The position numbers were made by a program, and so were the translations under genes. A DNA stretch of 64,000 nucleotides, taken from Vicugna vicugna. Its lineage: Eukaryota. Each line of letters starts with the position of its first letter. Position 1 is the stretch's first letter. Positions 40,201-51,882 of the stretch are shown piece after piece. Where the stretch lies: positions 2,544,001-2,608,000 of the forward strand of contig MU058687.1 in the NCBI GenBank assembly GCA_013265495.1, given 5' to 3'. The notes below the pieces were generated by a model. That model was not told the DNA's origin, searched no databases, and saw only the letters and a list, made by a program, of their open reading frames with translations.

Positions 40201-42925
40201 CCCATTTACAGGGGAGGCGTCTGAGGCCTAGGGACATTAAGGATCTTGCTGCCAGACAGTAAATGGCAGGACTGGGATGTAGATAGTGATGGGCTGGTTC
40301 TAGAACCAGCTCCACGAGCCTCTAGGCTATCTTGCTTCTTATCTGCACATTCAGCTGTGGGCTGTTCCACCTCCCCTAAGCCGCCTTTTTCTCTTGTTCA
40401 AGAGTGAAATGGACTCCACCAGGGAGAATGTCTTGATAGAACTCAGGGCTTTTGGAGGTTCCTGGAGCAAGGGTAACCTTTGGCCTTGGTAGCAGAGGAG
40501 AGGTCATCCCTGAATTGATCTGGGCCAATATCACTCACCCCCACTCAACCCCGCCCCTCAACAGTGAGGGAGCATTTCTTGGCTCCTGGTTTGGGATGTG
40601 GGTCCGGGGGCAAATCCAGGCTGCCAGTCTTCCAGTGGGCCTGGTCATTTGGAGGTACAGAATCTTGCTTATTTGTTTTTAGTGAATGAGTGTACACTTG
40701 TGCGAATGGTCAGGAGAAAGGTGTCATTGCTGTCAGTGATGGTTAACATGAGTTGGCATGAGTCCCTGAGCCAGTGGACAGCGCCTTCCAGCTAAGTCTC
40801 AGCCATGGTGGTCTTTAAGTACCTGCTTGTGAATCCCAGATCTTTTTTCTTTTTTAACTCTTTGGAGAGCCGTTTAGTTCTCACAGAGCTGCCAGTTGGG
40901 TCCTCTGTCTGGATGGTGGGTGATGCCCTCATGGGTATCACTAGGCCCTGACCCAGGGCTGGCTCCTGTGAGCTTAGGGGAAGGACTCTTGGGCTGCAGC
41001 ACCCCCTTGTTTGGAGTATCTCAGGGGAGGGTATACTTACAGTCTCTACCAAGCTCCTAGAAGTCATTGGATGCCCACGAGAAGTGGGAATGACCCACCT
41101 GCTTCCCAGAAACCTTCCACCTAAAGAGGTCAGATGCCACACTGTTCATGGTGAACTATGAAGTAATTCCTCTGATTCCTCTCTGACCCCATATCCTTGA
41201 CCTGGGAGGCCAGGCCAGGCCCTCAGAGAGTTCTGGAGCCCATCTGGCACAGGATGGTCAGGCAGGAAGAGGGAAAGCCCCCATCGGGACTTTTATCCAC
41301 CCCGCTGATTGTAAGCGGTTGCTACAGTGTGGGCAGTAGGGGCTGGAGTGAAAGGGGAAGTGGCTTCCTCCAGACTGAGGTGTCAGCAGCTTGGGACTGC
41401 CCAGACAGGAAGGAGGGGACCATCAAGGGGGGAGAGGAAGTTCATGCAGAGCTGTCCCCTGGACCAGGCCTTTGCTCTGTTCCTGGGCCCTTTGCAGTGA
41501 TTAGGTGTCCACCTGCCATCAGTGGCACCGTGCCGTGCAGTGATCGCTGGTGTGTCACTTCCCTTCTTGTCAAAGCCCCAGCCACTGCGGCCACATTTTT
41601 TAAAAGGCTGTGTCTTCACCGCACCACAGGGAGAGCCACCCCTACCCAGCCCTACCCATGGGTCCTGCTTTGCCCCTTCCCTTCCCTACCTGTGCAGATT
41701 GAGACTCTCAGCAGCCCCTGCCTGCTAGGTGGGCCCCACGTGGGCTAGGCGGCTGGACAGAGCCCTGACGGTAAGAGAATGGGACCTCTCTGTGTGAGGA
41801 GTGGGAAGCCAGCTCACAGCTGAAAGGACTGGTAGCCAAACGGGATCCCAGAGGGGTAGGCCTTCGAAATCTGGTTCTTCTCAGCGAAGTCTGTTCTGTA
41901 GCCCCAGAGGACCAGCCGATGCTTCCTTTGCTTCCTTGGGCCTCACTGCCTTGCTGTAGCAAAATTGCCAGCCTTTGGGCTCCCCTGGCTGCAGACAGTG
42001 GCCTAGGGGCACACACCTGGTGGTGGCCACTTTCCCAACACCTGCCTGGTTGCTGAGGGACGGCCGCAGGGATCTGTCACTCCTAACCTGACCCGCAGCG
42101 TCTGGGCAGCCCAGGCCTGGCGGCTCCCAGCCGTTAGGAGGTACCTGCCCGACACCCTAGCTCTCCCCTTTCCGGGCAGGAATCTGGAAGGTCTCTTCTG
42201 GTGAGGCGGACTAAGCAGTTCACTGGGTACCTGTGCTGATTAATTACAGGTGGGGAGCTGGCAGGACAGGGAGGTGTGGAAGGGAAACCGGGATTCCTGT
42301 GCCTCCATGAAACCCCTCCAGAGTGGCTAGCTCACAGCAGGTAGATCCACAACAAGATCTGTCCCCAGCCATGTCCTTCCTGAACTTCTGAACAGTTCAC
42401 ATTGGAGCTGGCAGGCCTGGTCTGTGTGCTGCAATACAGGGATGGGGTGGGGGGGTGACACCTTCTGCTGAGGGTGTGTCCACCCTTCATGGGAGCGCTC
42501 CCCAGCCCAGCCCAGGGCAGGGACACCGGGTAAACCAGTTTTGATCCAGCACTTGAACAACAGTGAACCCCAAACCCAAGTGAACTTAACCCCAATATTG
42601 ACATTCTTATTAAGTCTTGAGGTTAGTGAATATTTAAAATTCAAAAAGTCAGTCAACCTCTGTTTTTCTAAAATTATTAAAGAAGCACAAAATTGGAACA
42701 TCAACATAAGCTCCAAATTAGAAATGCTGTCAAGTGCCTGGAGGGATAGGACTAGCCATGGTCGGGGCCTGACGGGAGCCTCTGAGCAGAGAAGCTCAGC
42801 ATAGGAAGGAAGGGGAAGGCCCACCAGGGCATGTGGCTTCTCTGGGGGCTAATCTGGGTGTCTAGTGTGCTGGAAGCTCCAGGTGAGCCTCCCTCTTGTG
42901 ACCAGAGCTCTTTCTCCATCCCCAG

Positions 42926-43014
42926 ATTCCCATACCGAGTGTGCCTACGTTCCAGCCCTCTACGCCGGTCCCTGAGCGCCTGGAAGCCGTGCAACGCTAC
43001 ATCAGGGAGCTGCA
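42926..43014 (+). CDS. VASH1: Vasohibin-1 coding exon 2 (IPIPSVPTFQPSTPVPERLEAVQRYIRELQ)
   Basis: Pyrimidine tract plus CAG acceptor ending at 42925; 89 nt; ends CA|GTATCCTC (U12-type donor). Confidence 0.96.
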
Positions 43015-44244
43015 GTATCCTCCCTGGTCAGGGTCATGGCCACCGTCTGGCCGCTGTGCTGGTCCCAAGGCCCAGTGGGGCTTGTTTACAGACGGGGCTA
43101 GAGAGGTCTCAGCAGAGCAGCCCAATTCCACAACTCCGGGGGTGCCATTCACGTGACATCTCTGCGCCCCGGAGTCGTGTGAGCACAGCCCGTGTCCACC
43201 CAGGGATCAGAGGGATTTTGTCTGATGAACGCCAGACCCACACAGGCCTCTCTGCCACCACTTCGTCCCACTCCGTGTCATGGGGTAGATGTCTCCTGAG
43301 CGACCTGCTGGTGGAAGCCTAGTCTAGGTCCACCAGCCCAGACCTCCTCTGCTGATCATCCAGCCCCCACAGATGGAGTGAGGGGAAGCTCCGTTGGGGC
43401 TGTTTAAAAGCTGGTTTTAAAGGGGTGTGTGTTAGGGATGGAGTGAGGGGAGATGGAGGAGAAAAAGGATGTTATGTTCCAGGAGGTAACTTCCACAGCT
43501 TGGAAAATTCTCCTAGTTCGCCTTTTTCTTCCCTGGCAAGAGGCCAGTTGCCCAGGATGGAAAGAGCTGGACTCCCCTGAGCCCAGGGTTCCCTGGTCCC
43601 TGCTCTGGGTCCCTCCATGCCTGTGAGTCCTGGGTTCTCCCCTAACCCCCAGCCCTTCTACCTGCAGATGTGGCCAGAGATGGAAGGACCAGGCATGGTT
43701 CCTGAGCAGGAAAAAAGCCAGGCTGAAAATCAGGTCCAGCCCTTCCTTTGCTGGGGAACCTGGCAGGTGGGGGGATTTGTGGCCCAGAGAGGGAGATGGT
43801 TGGCTCAGGAGTGGCATCCAGCAATGTAGCTATGCTGGAATCCCACCCCAGCCTTCTCCTCTCAGTTTGTGCTGCTTCTCACCAGTTGGAATCCAAAGTG
43901 CGGCAGAGAGCTGTCCACGGCTCAGCCTCTTTCCCGGCCCTGGCTGACCTGGCTGCTTGCCCCATGGCCCTTCCTACGAGGGGAGGCCAGGGGAGAGCAA
44001 GGGTGGGAGAGAGGATGAGAGAGGACAGGCGCCATGCGGAGGAAGGAGAGGCAGCATGCTGTGCCCTCCTGTCCCCTCAGACGGTCAGGTCCTGAGCATC
44101 CTCCATGGTGCCTTGCAGAATCCTATTGTGGGGTCCTTACCCAGCCTGCACCCCCGGAAGTGCTGGGCCCCCAGGGTCTGGATGGGGAAAGAGGGACACA
44201 CCTTTCCCACATCAAGCCAGGAAGCCCTTAACCAGCACCCACAG
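43015..44244 (+). other. VASH1: U12-type (minor spliceosome) GT-AG intron 2 of VASH1
   Basis: 5' site GTATCCTC (consensus RTATCCTT); branch point CCCTTAAC ending 12 nt before the 3' end; no polypyrimidine tract. Confidence 0.9.
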
Positions 44245-44301
44245 GTACAATCACACAGGGACACAGTTCTTTGAAATTAAGAAGAGCAGACCTCTGACAG
44301 G
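44245..44301 (+). CDS. VASH1: Vasohibin-1 coding exon 3 (YNHTGTQFFEIKKSRPLTG)
   Basis: U12 branch point CCCTTAAC at 44225-44232, acceptor CAG ending at 44244; 57 nt; donor GG|GTAAGT at 44302. Confidence 0.96.
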
Positions 44302-45892
44302 GTAAGTGTGGGGAGCGCCCAGTCCCTCTGGACTGAGGTAACAGTGCCTGGCAGGGTTGAAGCCCCTCAGGAACCTTTGGGTAGAAGGAAGCAGGAAGGA
44401 ACCCCTCTCAGGGGGGCCCACTGGCTGGGCAAGTACCACCATGGGGCCCTCCTCAGGATGCCATAAAGAGGGAACTCTGGCCAAGATAAGCAGCTAGGAC
44501 CCCCTTGAGGAAGAGGAAACCTGACATCCATGCTGAGCTGGGTGGGTGATGGCAGCCCAGCAGCTGCCTTGGTGAGGGCAGCGGTCAGACCCAGGTAGAT
44601 GTCTGTGTGTCAGCCTCATCTTTTTCTTTTTAATGAGAGGTGGGCCTTGTAGGAGAGCCCTCCCCCTTCTCTCCGATCCCTGGAGCTGCCTGTGCACTCC
44701 CCATGGCAGGGACCTGTGTGTCAGTCCATTTCTCTTATTGGATTCTCTTCTTCTTGTTTAGTACAAGGGCCAGTATCTGAGCAACAGGGACCCCACTGGA
44801 GAGAACACTGTATCTCTCACTTCCCATTCTACCCACCAAGTGTAGACCCCTGGCTAGATTTGCCCCAGAAAAGCCCCAAGGGAGGAGCAGAGTAGAGAGT
44901 AATTCTACAGCTGGGCTTGGGGGCTCAGCCCAAAGCTGTCCAGAGGCTTAAAACCCTGTGCTTTTAAAATTAATGTGAATTTTACATCTTGCTCCACATA
45001 TAATCTGTTCATGTTCACTTTCTTGTGAAAATGCTTTTAATAAATGGTTTATTAGCTAAGTTACTTAATTACCCCCCTCTCCAGGCCCCCGGGTGGATGC
45101 AGCCTCCCCAGCCCCAAAACTTTGTTCTTGTTGTCCGGTGGCTGCTATGTGTGGGGGCTCAGCTCCAGCCTCATGGAGGAGTCTGGTACCCTTCCGGGCA
45201 AAGCCAGCAGCCAGGCTGCATTCCCAGGCCCAGGGGAACAGCATTCAGTGAGGAGAGAGGAACCAGGCTTCAGGGACAGGCTGTCTTAAAGTGGCCTGAA
45301 TTCCAAGTTCAAGAGCAGGCCAGGGGAGTCACCAGGCAGCTAACTGCCTGAGATCCCATGTCCAGGCCCTGGGCAACTGGCCAGCTGCGGGGGAGCAGTT
45401 GCAATCAATTACAAGCTCTTGGGAGAAGTCATGGTTGGGTCAGGGGTGTCCACTGTGCTCCGGAAGGGACAAGATCAATGCCGAGGTCCCCAGCATCCTT
45501 GACATGCTTTCCCACTGGCCCCCGCAACACCATCTTCACAGAAGGCCCCCAGCCCAGTGGCTGTCAAAGACCTTTCTACCACTGCATGCCCCCCATTCAT
45601 CCTCCCCTCCAGAGGTCTTTGGAGCAGGAGCCTGAGAAGAAGGGGAGGTGGAAGGAGGGGAGGGATGAGATAAGGGGCCTCCTTCCTTATCTTTAGCGGC
45701 TGTCTCTTTTCTCACCACCCCCTGCTTAGGCTCAAGAAGGATGTGCAGGGAGGAGAAGGAGGTGCTGGGCCAGCTGAGGCAGCTTGGAAGGGAGGGGAGT
45801 CTTTGTCCATCCAGCATTTCTAGTCTACCACCTGATACTCCTCCACCAGAAAGGGCTGGAGGTTCCTCATGACTCTTCTCCCTTCCCCCCAG

Positions 45893-45967
45893 GCTGATGG
45901 ACCTGGCCAAGGAAATGACCAAAGAGGCTCTGCCAATCAAATGCCTGGAAGCCGTCATCCTGGGAAT
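45893..45967 (+). CDS. VASH1: Vasohibin-1 coding exon 4 (LMDLAKEMTKEALPIKCLEAVILG), contains the catalytic Cys
   Basis: Polypyrimidine tract plus CAG acceptor; 75 nt; LPIKCLEA motif (human Cys169); ends AT|GTATCCTT (U12-type donor). Confidence 0.96.
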
Positions 45968-48633
45968 GTATCCTTCCTCTCTGAGGGGCCTGGGAGGGGG
46001 GGCGGGCACGTGCTCAGCTTCCTCCTCTGGAAGGGGAGGGCTGAGTGAGTTCCTGGGCCTTTCCAGCTCTCTCCCAGCAGTCATGAACTTGGCTCCAAAG
46101 TGCAGGACACTGAGTGGGGCTCAGTTCCCCACACCTCAGTTACTAACTTCTGAGGCTTACTGGGCAGCTCTTCTGAGTCATGTGGACACAGTGACCCTGT
46201 TCTCTAAACCCCCAATCAGGGCATATTGTCTCATAAAAGCTGTTGTGCTATTTCCAAGAACCAGAGAGTCTGGGAGAAGCAGGTGGGTGCCCAAGTGTTG
46301 GCATTTCCAGGACACGCTGATTAGTGGAGAAGATGGATGGGATCTTTGAAACAGAAGTGCCTTTTAAAAAAAAACAACAGAGTTTCTCAGTCACCCCCAC
46401 CAAAAGGGCCGAACTAGGACCTACAGCTGGGTCATCAGAGGAGCTAGGTGGGACAGACAAGCCTCCCGGAAGAGGGGCCCACAATGTTCCCAGTCAGAGC
46501 GAGGTAGGGAGATAGGTATTGACGGCTTGTTCTCTGTCGTAAGTGGTCCCTGCCTGAGTCCTACCCTTTATTGTTTTGTTTTGTTATGGAAAGTTTTAAC
46601 CTTGTACAAGCATAGACTAACCCCTTTGTCCATTACTCAGTTTTACCAATTCAAAGCCGATCTCATTCATCTCTGCCCACCCCTCCCATCACCACCCTTC
46701 CTATACCTACCAGGGCTTTTAAATATTCTATCTGCCACCTCTGGTGCAGGCACCTGGCTCCGTGCAGAGCAGGGCAAGGCGGCAGGTGCCTAATGGAACA
46801 AGGAGGAGACCTCTCTCCAGGACGGGTCAGGGGGAGATGACAGTCAAGGTGAGGAGCACAGCTTCTCTGAGGAGGACTGTGATCCAAGGGGAGCACTCCC
46901 CACCACCCATAAACATACCTGCCTTAAATTATACAAAGAGTCTGCAGGCCTCCCCCACTCCGGTCTCCCTCCCTAAGGGGTCCTGAGAGCTAAACACACT
47001 GTGGCAGTCCTTTGCTGACCAAAGAGCCCCACGAGCATTGCCCTGTTCAAAGGGTTCTTTGCTGGGACACGAGGCCAGCCAGAGAATTCCAGGCTGCTCC
47101 CAGTGCCTCGTTCACGACCCCACATTCGCTTCTCCTTCAGGACCATACACCAAAGTGGAGGTTCCCACCCCACTCTGGGAGGGAGACTCTGCTCCCCTCC
47201 CCACAGAGCACACACAGAGAAGCTACTCCAGATCACGTGGTCCCAGAGGCTTTTCACAGGTTATCTGGTGGCTTGTGGGTAGGAAGAAAACAGAGCAGCC
47301 CCCATCTGGGCAGGGGACCTGTCCCCAGTGTCCCCACAGAACCGCCACAGCTCCCTCCTGCACACGTGGCGGGAGCTGAGTTTGTCCCCACATCTCCTCC
47401 TCGCTGCACCCTGCTCCTGTGCCCTCGGTCACTCACCCGGCAAGAGTCGGGCTCAGTAAGCATCACAGTGACTGAGAGCACAGACTTCAGGGTCAGGCCG
47501 ACCTGGACCTGACTCCTAGCTCTGCCACATACCCACTGTGTGAGCCCGAGCAAGCTCTTTAACATCTCTGAGCCTCAGGGTCCTCCTCTGCAGAAGGGCC
47601 GGATGGTAATCCCATCCCACAAGTTTGTCATCCCGGTTGACTGAGTGGGCACATGGAGGCCACTGGGTGCAGTGTCTACATGGTCTCCAAGCTTTCATCC
47701 CGTTCATCTCATTCTACTTGAGTGACTGTTATATACCCGCCTCTGGGCTGGGCCCCAGAGATACAGCAAAGAACGTGACAGACAGCGTCCCTGTTGTCAG
47801 AAGATTACATTGTAGCCGAGGAGACAAAAATTAAGCAAGTAAACCAAGAAGTAAAATAATCACAGATTGTGCTGAGTGTGCCGTGGGGGGAACAAGTAGA
47901 GTGGACTTGCTTTAGCAAGGGAGGCCGGCGGTTCCGCTAAGCCTGAGGTGTGAGGAGGAGCCGCCAAGGCGGGCAGGGAACAGCCAAAAGGAGGAGCTGG
48001 TGCAAAAGGTTCTCCGTGGAAATCCAGCTGGACGGAGAGACTGAGCAAGTGGGGTGAGCAGGACGAGAGGTTGGAGCGGACTGTAGGAGTGCCTTTGGTT
48101 TTATTTGAAGAGCAGCAGGCAGCGGGTATGCACGTGGCAGGTGGGGTGGTGAGAGAACAGCCTTGTGGGTGCGTCTGTGAGGAAATGTGTGTGTGTGAGA
48201 GAGAAAGACGACGTCTGAGAGGGAAGTAGGGGCGAGGAGAGGTGTGTGTGACTGACAGGAGGAGGAAGGGAGAGAGGGAGGGAGACAGGCTGACCGGCAG
48301 AGGCCCTCTCTCATCCCCTCTTCAGCTACAAGGCGTCTGGGAGGCCCTGCGTTTGGAGTACAGGGCTCACTCTTAGTGTTGCTATTTGGTGAGCCTTGCT
48401 TGACATCATAGCAGCAGCCATAGAGATTGAGTTTATGGAGCACCTACTGTGTGCCAGACCCAACCCAATCGACAGGGTGTGGGAATGAGCAAGGCTTGTC
48501 GTCTGCACTCAGGAGCAGGGGTCTGGGGCTCCTCCCGCAGCCTCTCCCGGGTGGGGACCTCTGCATCCCGCCTTTGTGCGCGGGCCCCTGTGCCACTCCC
48601 TGGCTGTTTCCTTAGCCCGGGCCACGTGGTCAG
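45968..48633 (+). other. VASH1: U12-type (minor spliceosome) GT-AG intron 4 of VASH1
   Basis: 5' site GTATCCTT (perfect core); branch-like TTTCCTTAGC at 48607-48616; no polypyrimidine tract before the CAG. Confidence 0.9.
47460..48130. mobile_element. MIR followed by an L2 fragment in VASH1 intron 4
   Basis: MIR core (cctagctctgccacatacccactgtgtgagcccgagcaag...ctctgagcctcag) followed by an L2 3' end (ttcatcccgttcatctcattc...gggccccagagatacagc). Confidence 0.65.
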
Positions 48634-49015
48634 TTACCTCACCAACAGCATGCCCACCCTGGAACGCTTCCCCATCAGCTTCAAGACCTACTTCTCAGGG
48701 AACTACTTCCGCCACATCGTGCTGGGGGTGAACTTCGGGGGCCGCTACGGGGCCCTGGGCATGAGCCGGCGCGAGGACCTGATGTACAAGCCGCCGGCCT
48801 TCCGCACGCTCAGCGAGCTCGTGCTGGACTACGAGGCCGCCTACGGCCGCTGCTGGCACGTGCTGAAGAAGGTGAAGCTGGGCCAGTGCGTGTCCCACGA
48901 CCCGCACAGCGTGGAGCAGATCGAGTGGAAGCACTCCGTCCTGGACGTGGAGAAGCTGGGCCGCGAGGACTTCCGCAAGGAGCTGGAGCGCCACGCCCGC
49001 GACATGCGGCTTAAG
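48634..49015 (+). CDS. VASH1: Vasohibin-1 coding exon 5 (YLTNSMPTLERF...RHIVLG...GALGMSRR...HARDMRLK)
   Basis: 382 nt; contains RHIV (human His204) and GALGMSRR (human Ser221). Acceptor CAG at 48631-48633 is preceded by TCCTTAGC; donor AAG|GTCCGT. Confidence 0.96.
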
Positions 49016-50779
49016 GTCCGTGCCCGGCAGCCCTGTGCACGCGCACGTCATCCAGGACCCGGGGCCCAGGCCAGGGTAAAGGTGGAAGGGCTGCCGCTTC
49101 CTAGGGGGTCGCTCCTACAGCGAAGGCCCCTCCCCGCCTTCCCCTATCTCGCGCTCCGCCCCCAAGCCGAGGTGGTGCTAGGAGCAAGGGAGGTGAGGGT
49201 GTGAAGTTTCTACAGTGTCCCAGCTTTGCCCAAAGGTCCTTACTGTGGACACAGACCCCTGAAGTGGGCAGGCCAGGGAAGGCTCCCGAAGGGGCAGTAA
49301 GGGAGCAGGATTTGGGTGGAGAGCGGGTCTTGGACACCTAGAGAAGGGCAGGGGTGTCACATTCCAGGTGGAGGGGGCCTTGAGTGAAGGCTGGAGGGAA
49401 TGGTAGTAGGGGGGTGGGGAGCAGCTTCATTCACCCCTTTGTATACTGACTCTTGACCCCTAGCCCCAGTAGTGGACTAGGACGACGTCAGAAAAAGGAA
49501 GAAGGTCAGACTGTGAGGAGACAAGGAGGTGGTGGTTCCTTCCCCCCCTTTCCCACCCCCATGGAGCAGGCGTCTTGGAGAAGGGGAGGGACTGTTAATA
49601 CCCAGAGTAGTTGGGCTGAGCTGCTGAGGAGTTTGCCCCCAGTGGGCAAACTCTTATCCTCTCCCTGGGTCTCCCTGGACTGGGGATGCCTCCCCGGGGG
49701 CCTGCTGGCCCCTCCTGGGTGTTCAGCCCACCCCATTGCTCAGTCACTGCTGCCCTGTGCTCTGCTCCTCCAGGCAGTCTGGGGCCATGGCCACGACTGG
49801 TGCTTTCACGTCCACTGCTTCTCCCCAATGACCCCGGGAGGCCAGCAGGAAGGTGGTGGGTGCTCCCATTTCAGGGTGGGAAACTGAGGTGCGGCCCAGA
49901 GACTTGCTTGCAGGTGGTGAGAGGCAGATGGGACTGGGGCTCAGTCTCCAGTGGAGAATCCGGGCACGTCATGGGTGCTTTCAGGTGTCCCAGGGGGGAT
50001 GTGGCAGAGCTAGGGCTGTGCCGCCCAGACAGCCCCGAGGCCAAGACCTTGTGCCTTCCCTAGGGCGGAAGTAGGCTGCAGCTGACCCTACCACTTAGCA
50101 GGTCCTCCCCTGTCCCTCCCCTAAGGATCACTGGCTGTCCAGTAACCCGACTCTCTGCTGGAGCATTACTGTGTCTTCAGGGGAGCAGGTTGGATCTAGA
50201 GTTGGAGCCAATATCACCTAGTTTTTAATGCTGTGGTTCCCAGTCTACTTGGTGCTAAAGACTTTCCATGTTATTTGTCCCCCTCGTGCCCCCATGATGT
50301 ACCCCAGGTTTTCAAAATTCAGATCAGACTATGCCACATAAATTAACTTTCTTTTCTCTTTTTTTTTCTGAATCAGAGACATAGCTACTAGTCTGAGCTT
50401 CTGACTGACTCAAGATAACCGGTGTCACCCTTGGGACTAGTAGGCTCCAAGCCCAAAGCTCAGGCATGGGCTGCTTCCCAGCTGGCACATCTACCTGGCA
50501 TGGGTATATGGCCCTTTTCCCGAGGGCTCTCATGAACCCTTAGTAACTTCCGCCCACATTCATGCTATTTCAGGGGCCAACAGGGATTGGGCGGCCCTGC
50601 TGTGGGACCCCTACCCTGACAGCTCTAGTGCCTGGGAAGCAGGTTTGGGAAGACCCAGGCAGAGCCTGGCATGAGGTTTCCTGGGCCCTGCTAGGGCCTC
50701 CTCGGGGCTTGTGGCTCCCACAGGGCCGGACTGGCTCTGGGACAGCCCTGGAATGAGTCTGTTTCTTCCTCCCCACAAG

Positions 50780-50892
50780 ATTGGCAAAGGGACCGGCCCT
50801 CCCTCTCCCACCAAGGACCGGAAGAAGGATGTGTCCTCCCCACAGCGGGGCCAGTCCAGCCCCCACCGCAGGAACAGCCGCAGTGAAAGGCG
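50780..50892 (+). CDS. VASH1: Vasohibin-1 coding exon 6 (IGKGTGPPSPTKDRKKDVSSPQRGQSSPHRRNSRSER)
   Basis: 113 nt; AAG acceptor ending at 50779; donor CG|GTGAGG at 50893; peptide matches the basic VASH1 C-terminal region. Confidence 0.95.
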
Positions 50893-51809
50893 GTGAGGGA
50901 TGGTCTTGTGGAGGGTGGTGCAGAAAAAGGCTTTATCCTTCCCTATCATTTTCTTGATCCCCTGTTTCTTCTCCTGCTCTTCTCATTCCCACCCTTCTCT
51001 TTTTGGCTCCTGCTGGCGGGAAGTGATTTGGGTCGGTGGGTTTGATACCCCTAGCACCAACACAGTCCCATAACCTCTGAGAAAATGTTACTGCCTCGCC
51101 CGCTGGTTACCCTGTGTGGGGCCCTGGTGCCGAGACCCACAGGGAAGGTCTGAGGCCAGCAGCAGGATGGGCTCTGTAGGAGGGAGGGTAGAAGGAGTGG
51201 GGCCCTGCCAGATGGTGAGTTCTCCCAGGAGTATCATTGGAAAAGATTTAATGTCAGATGGCGGCTTTGAACATAACTCTTGCCCATGCGAGCCTGGTTT
51301 TTGTCTGTATCTAGACGGCAGAAACATCCCATTAAAATACCAGGCTGCTCTGCTGATTTGACTCCTACTTGTCAGTCTGCCTCTTGCTTTAAATGCCATT
51401 GTCATTCTGGAGGCACCTCTTTGGTGTGATAAGGGGGCACCAAGCCAGCCTCCAATATCCAGAACCCTTCACTTTGACCTAGGAGGCTTTTGTAGAGGAC
51501 AGATTCCCCTCACAGAGATTTTACACATTAAGCTATTACTTCATTACTTAACTGGAGCCCGAATTGCTGACCTCAGTGAAGAGCAGTAGCCTGGAAGAGA
51601 GTGCAGGGACCACACTCAGGACGGTAGAGACAAGTCAGGGCTTCCAAAAACATGATTCCACAGGGACTCTACTGATGCATCTGGGACACCTTGGAGAATG
51701 GGGAGGGGGTGGGGAGCCAGCAGGGGCAGCCACCACTTGCTCCCTCCTCCCCCACCTCCCTGCAAGGCTACTCACGCCTTCTCCCTCCTCTGCTCTCCCC
51801 TCCCTGCAG

Positions 51810-51882
51810 GCCTTCCGGTGAGAAGAAGCCTTCGGAGCCCAAAGCCATGCCAGACCTCAACGGGTACCAGATCCGGGTGTGA
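51810..51882 (+). CDS. VASH1: Vasohibin-1 final coding exon (RPSGEKKPSEPKAMPDLNGYQIRV*)
   Basis: CAG acceptor ending at 51809; conserved GYQIRV C-terminus; TGA at 51880-51882. The exons sum to 303+89+57+75+382+113+73 = 1092 nt, an uninterrupted 363-aa frame. Confidence 0.96.

Noticed and set aside
48449..49204. 251-aa ORF as a single-exon protein
   Set aside because: Only 48634-49015 matches VASH1; the flanks are intronic sequence that happens to stay in frame.
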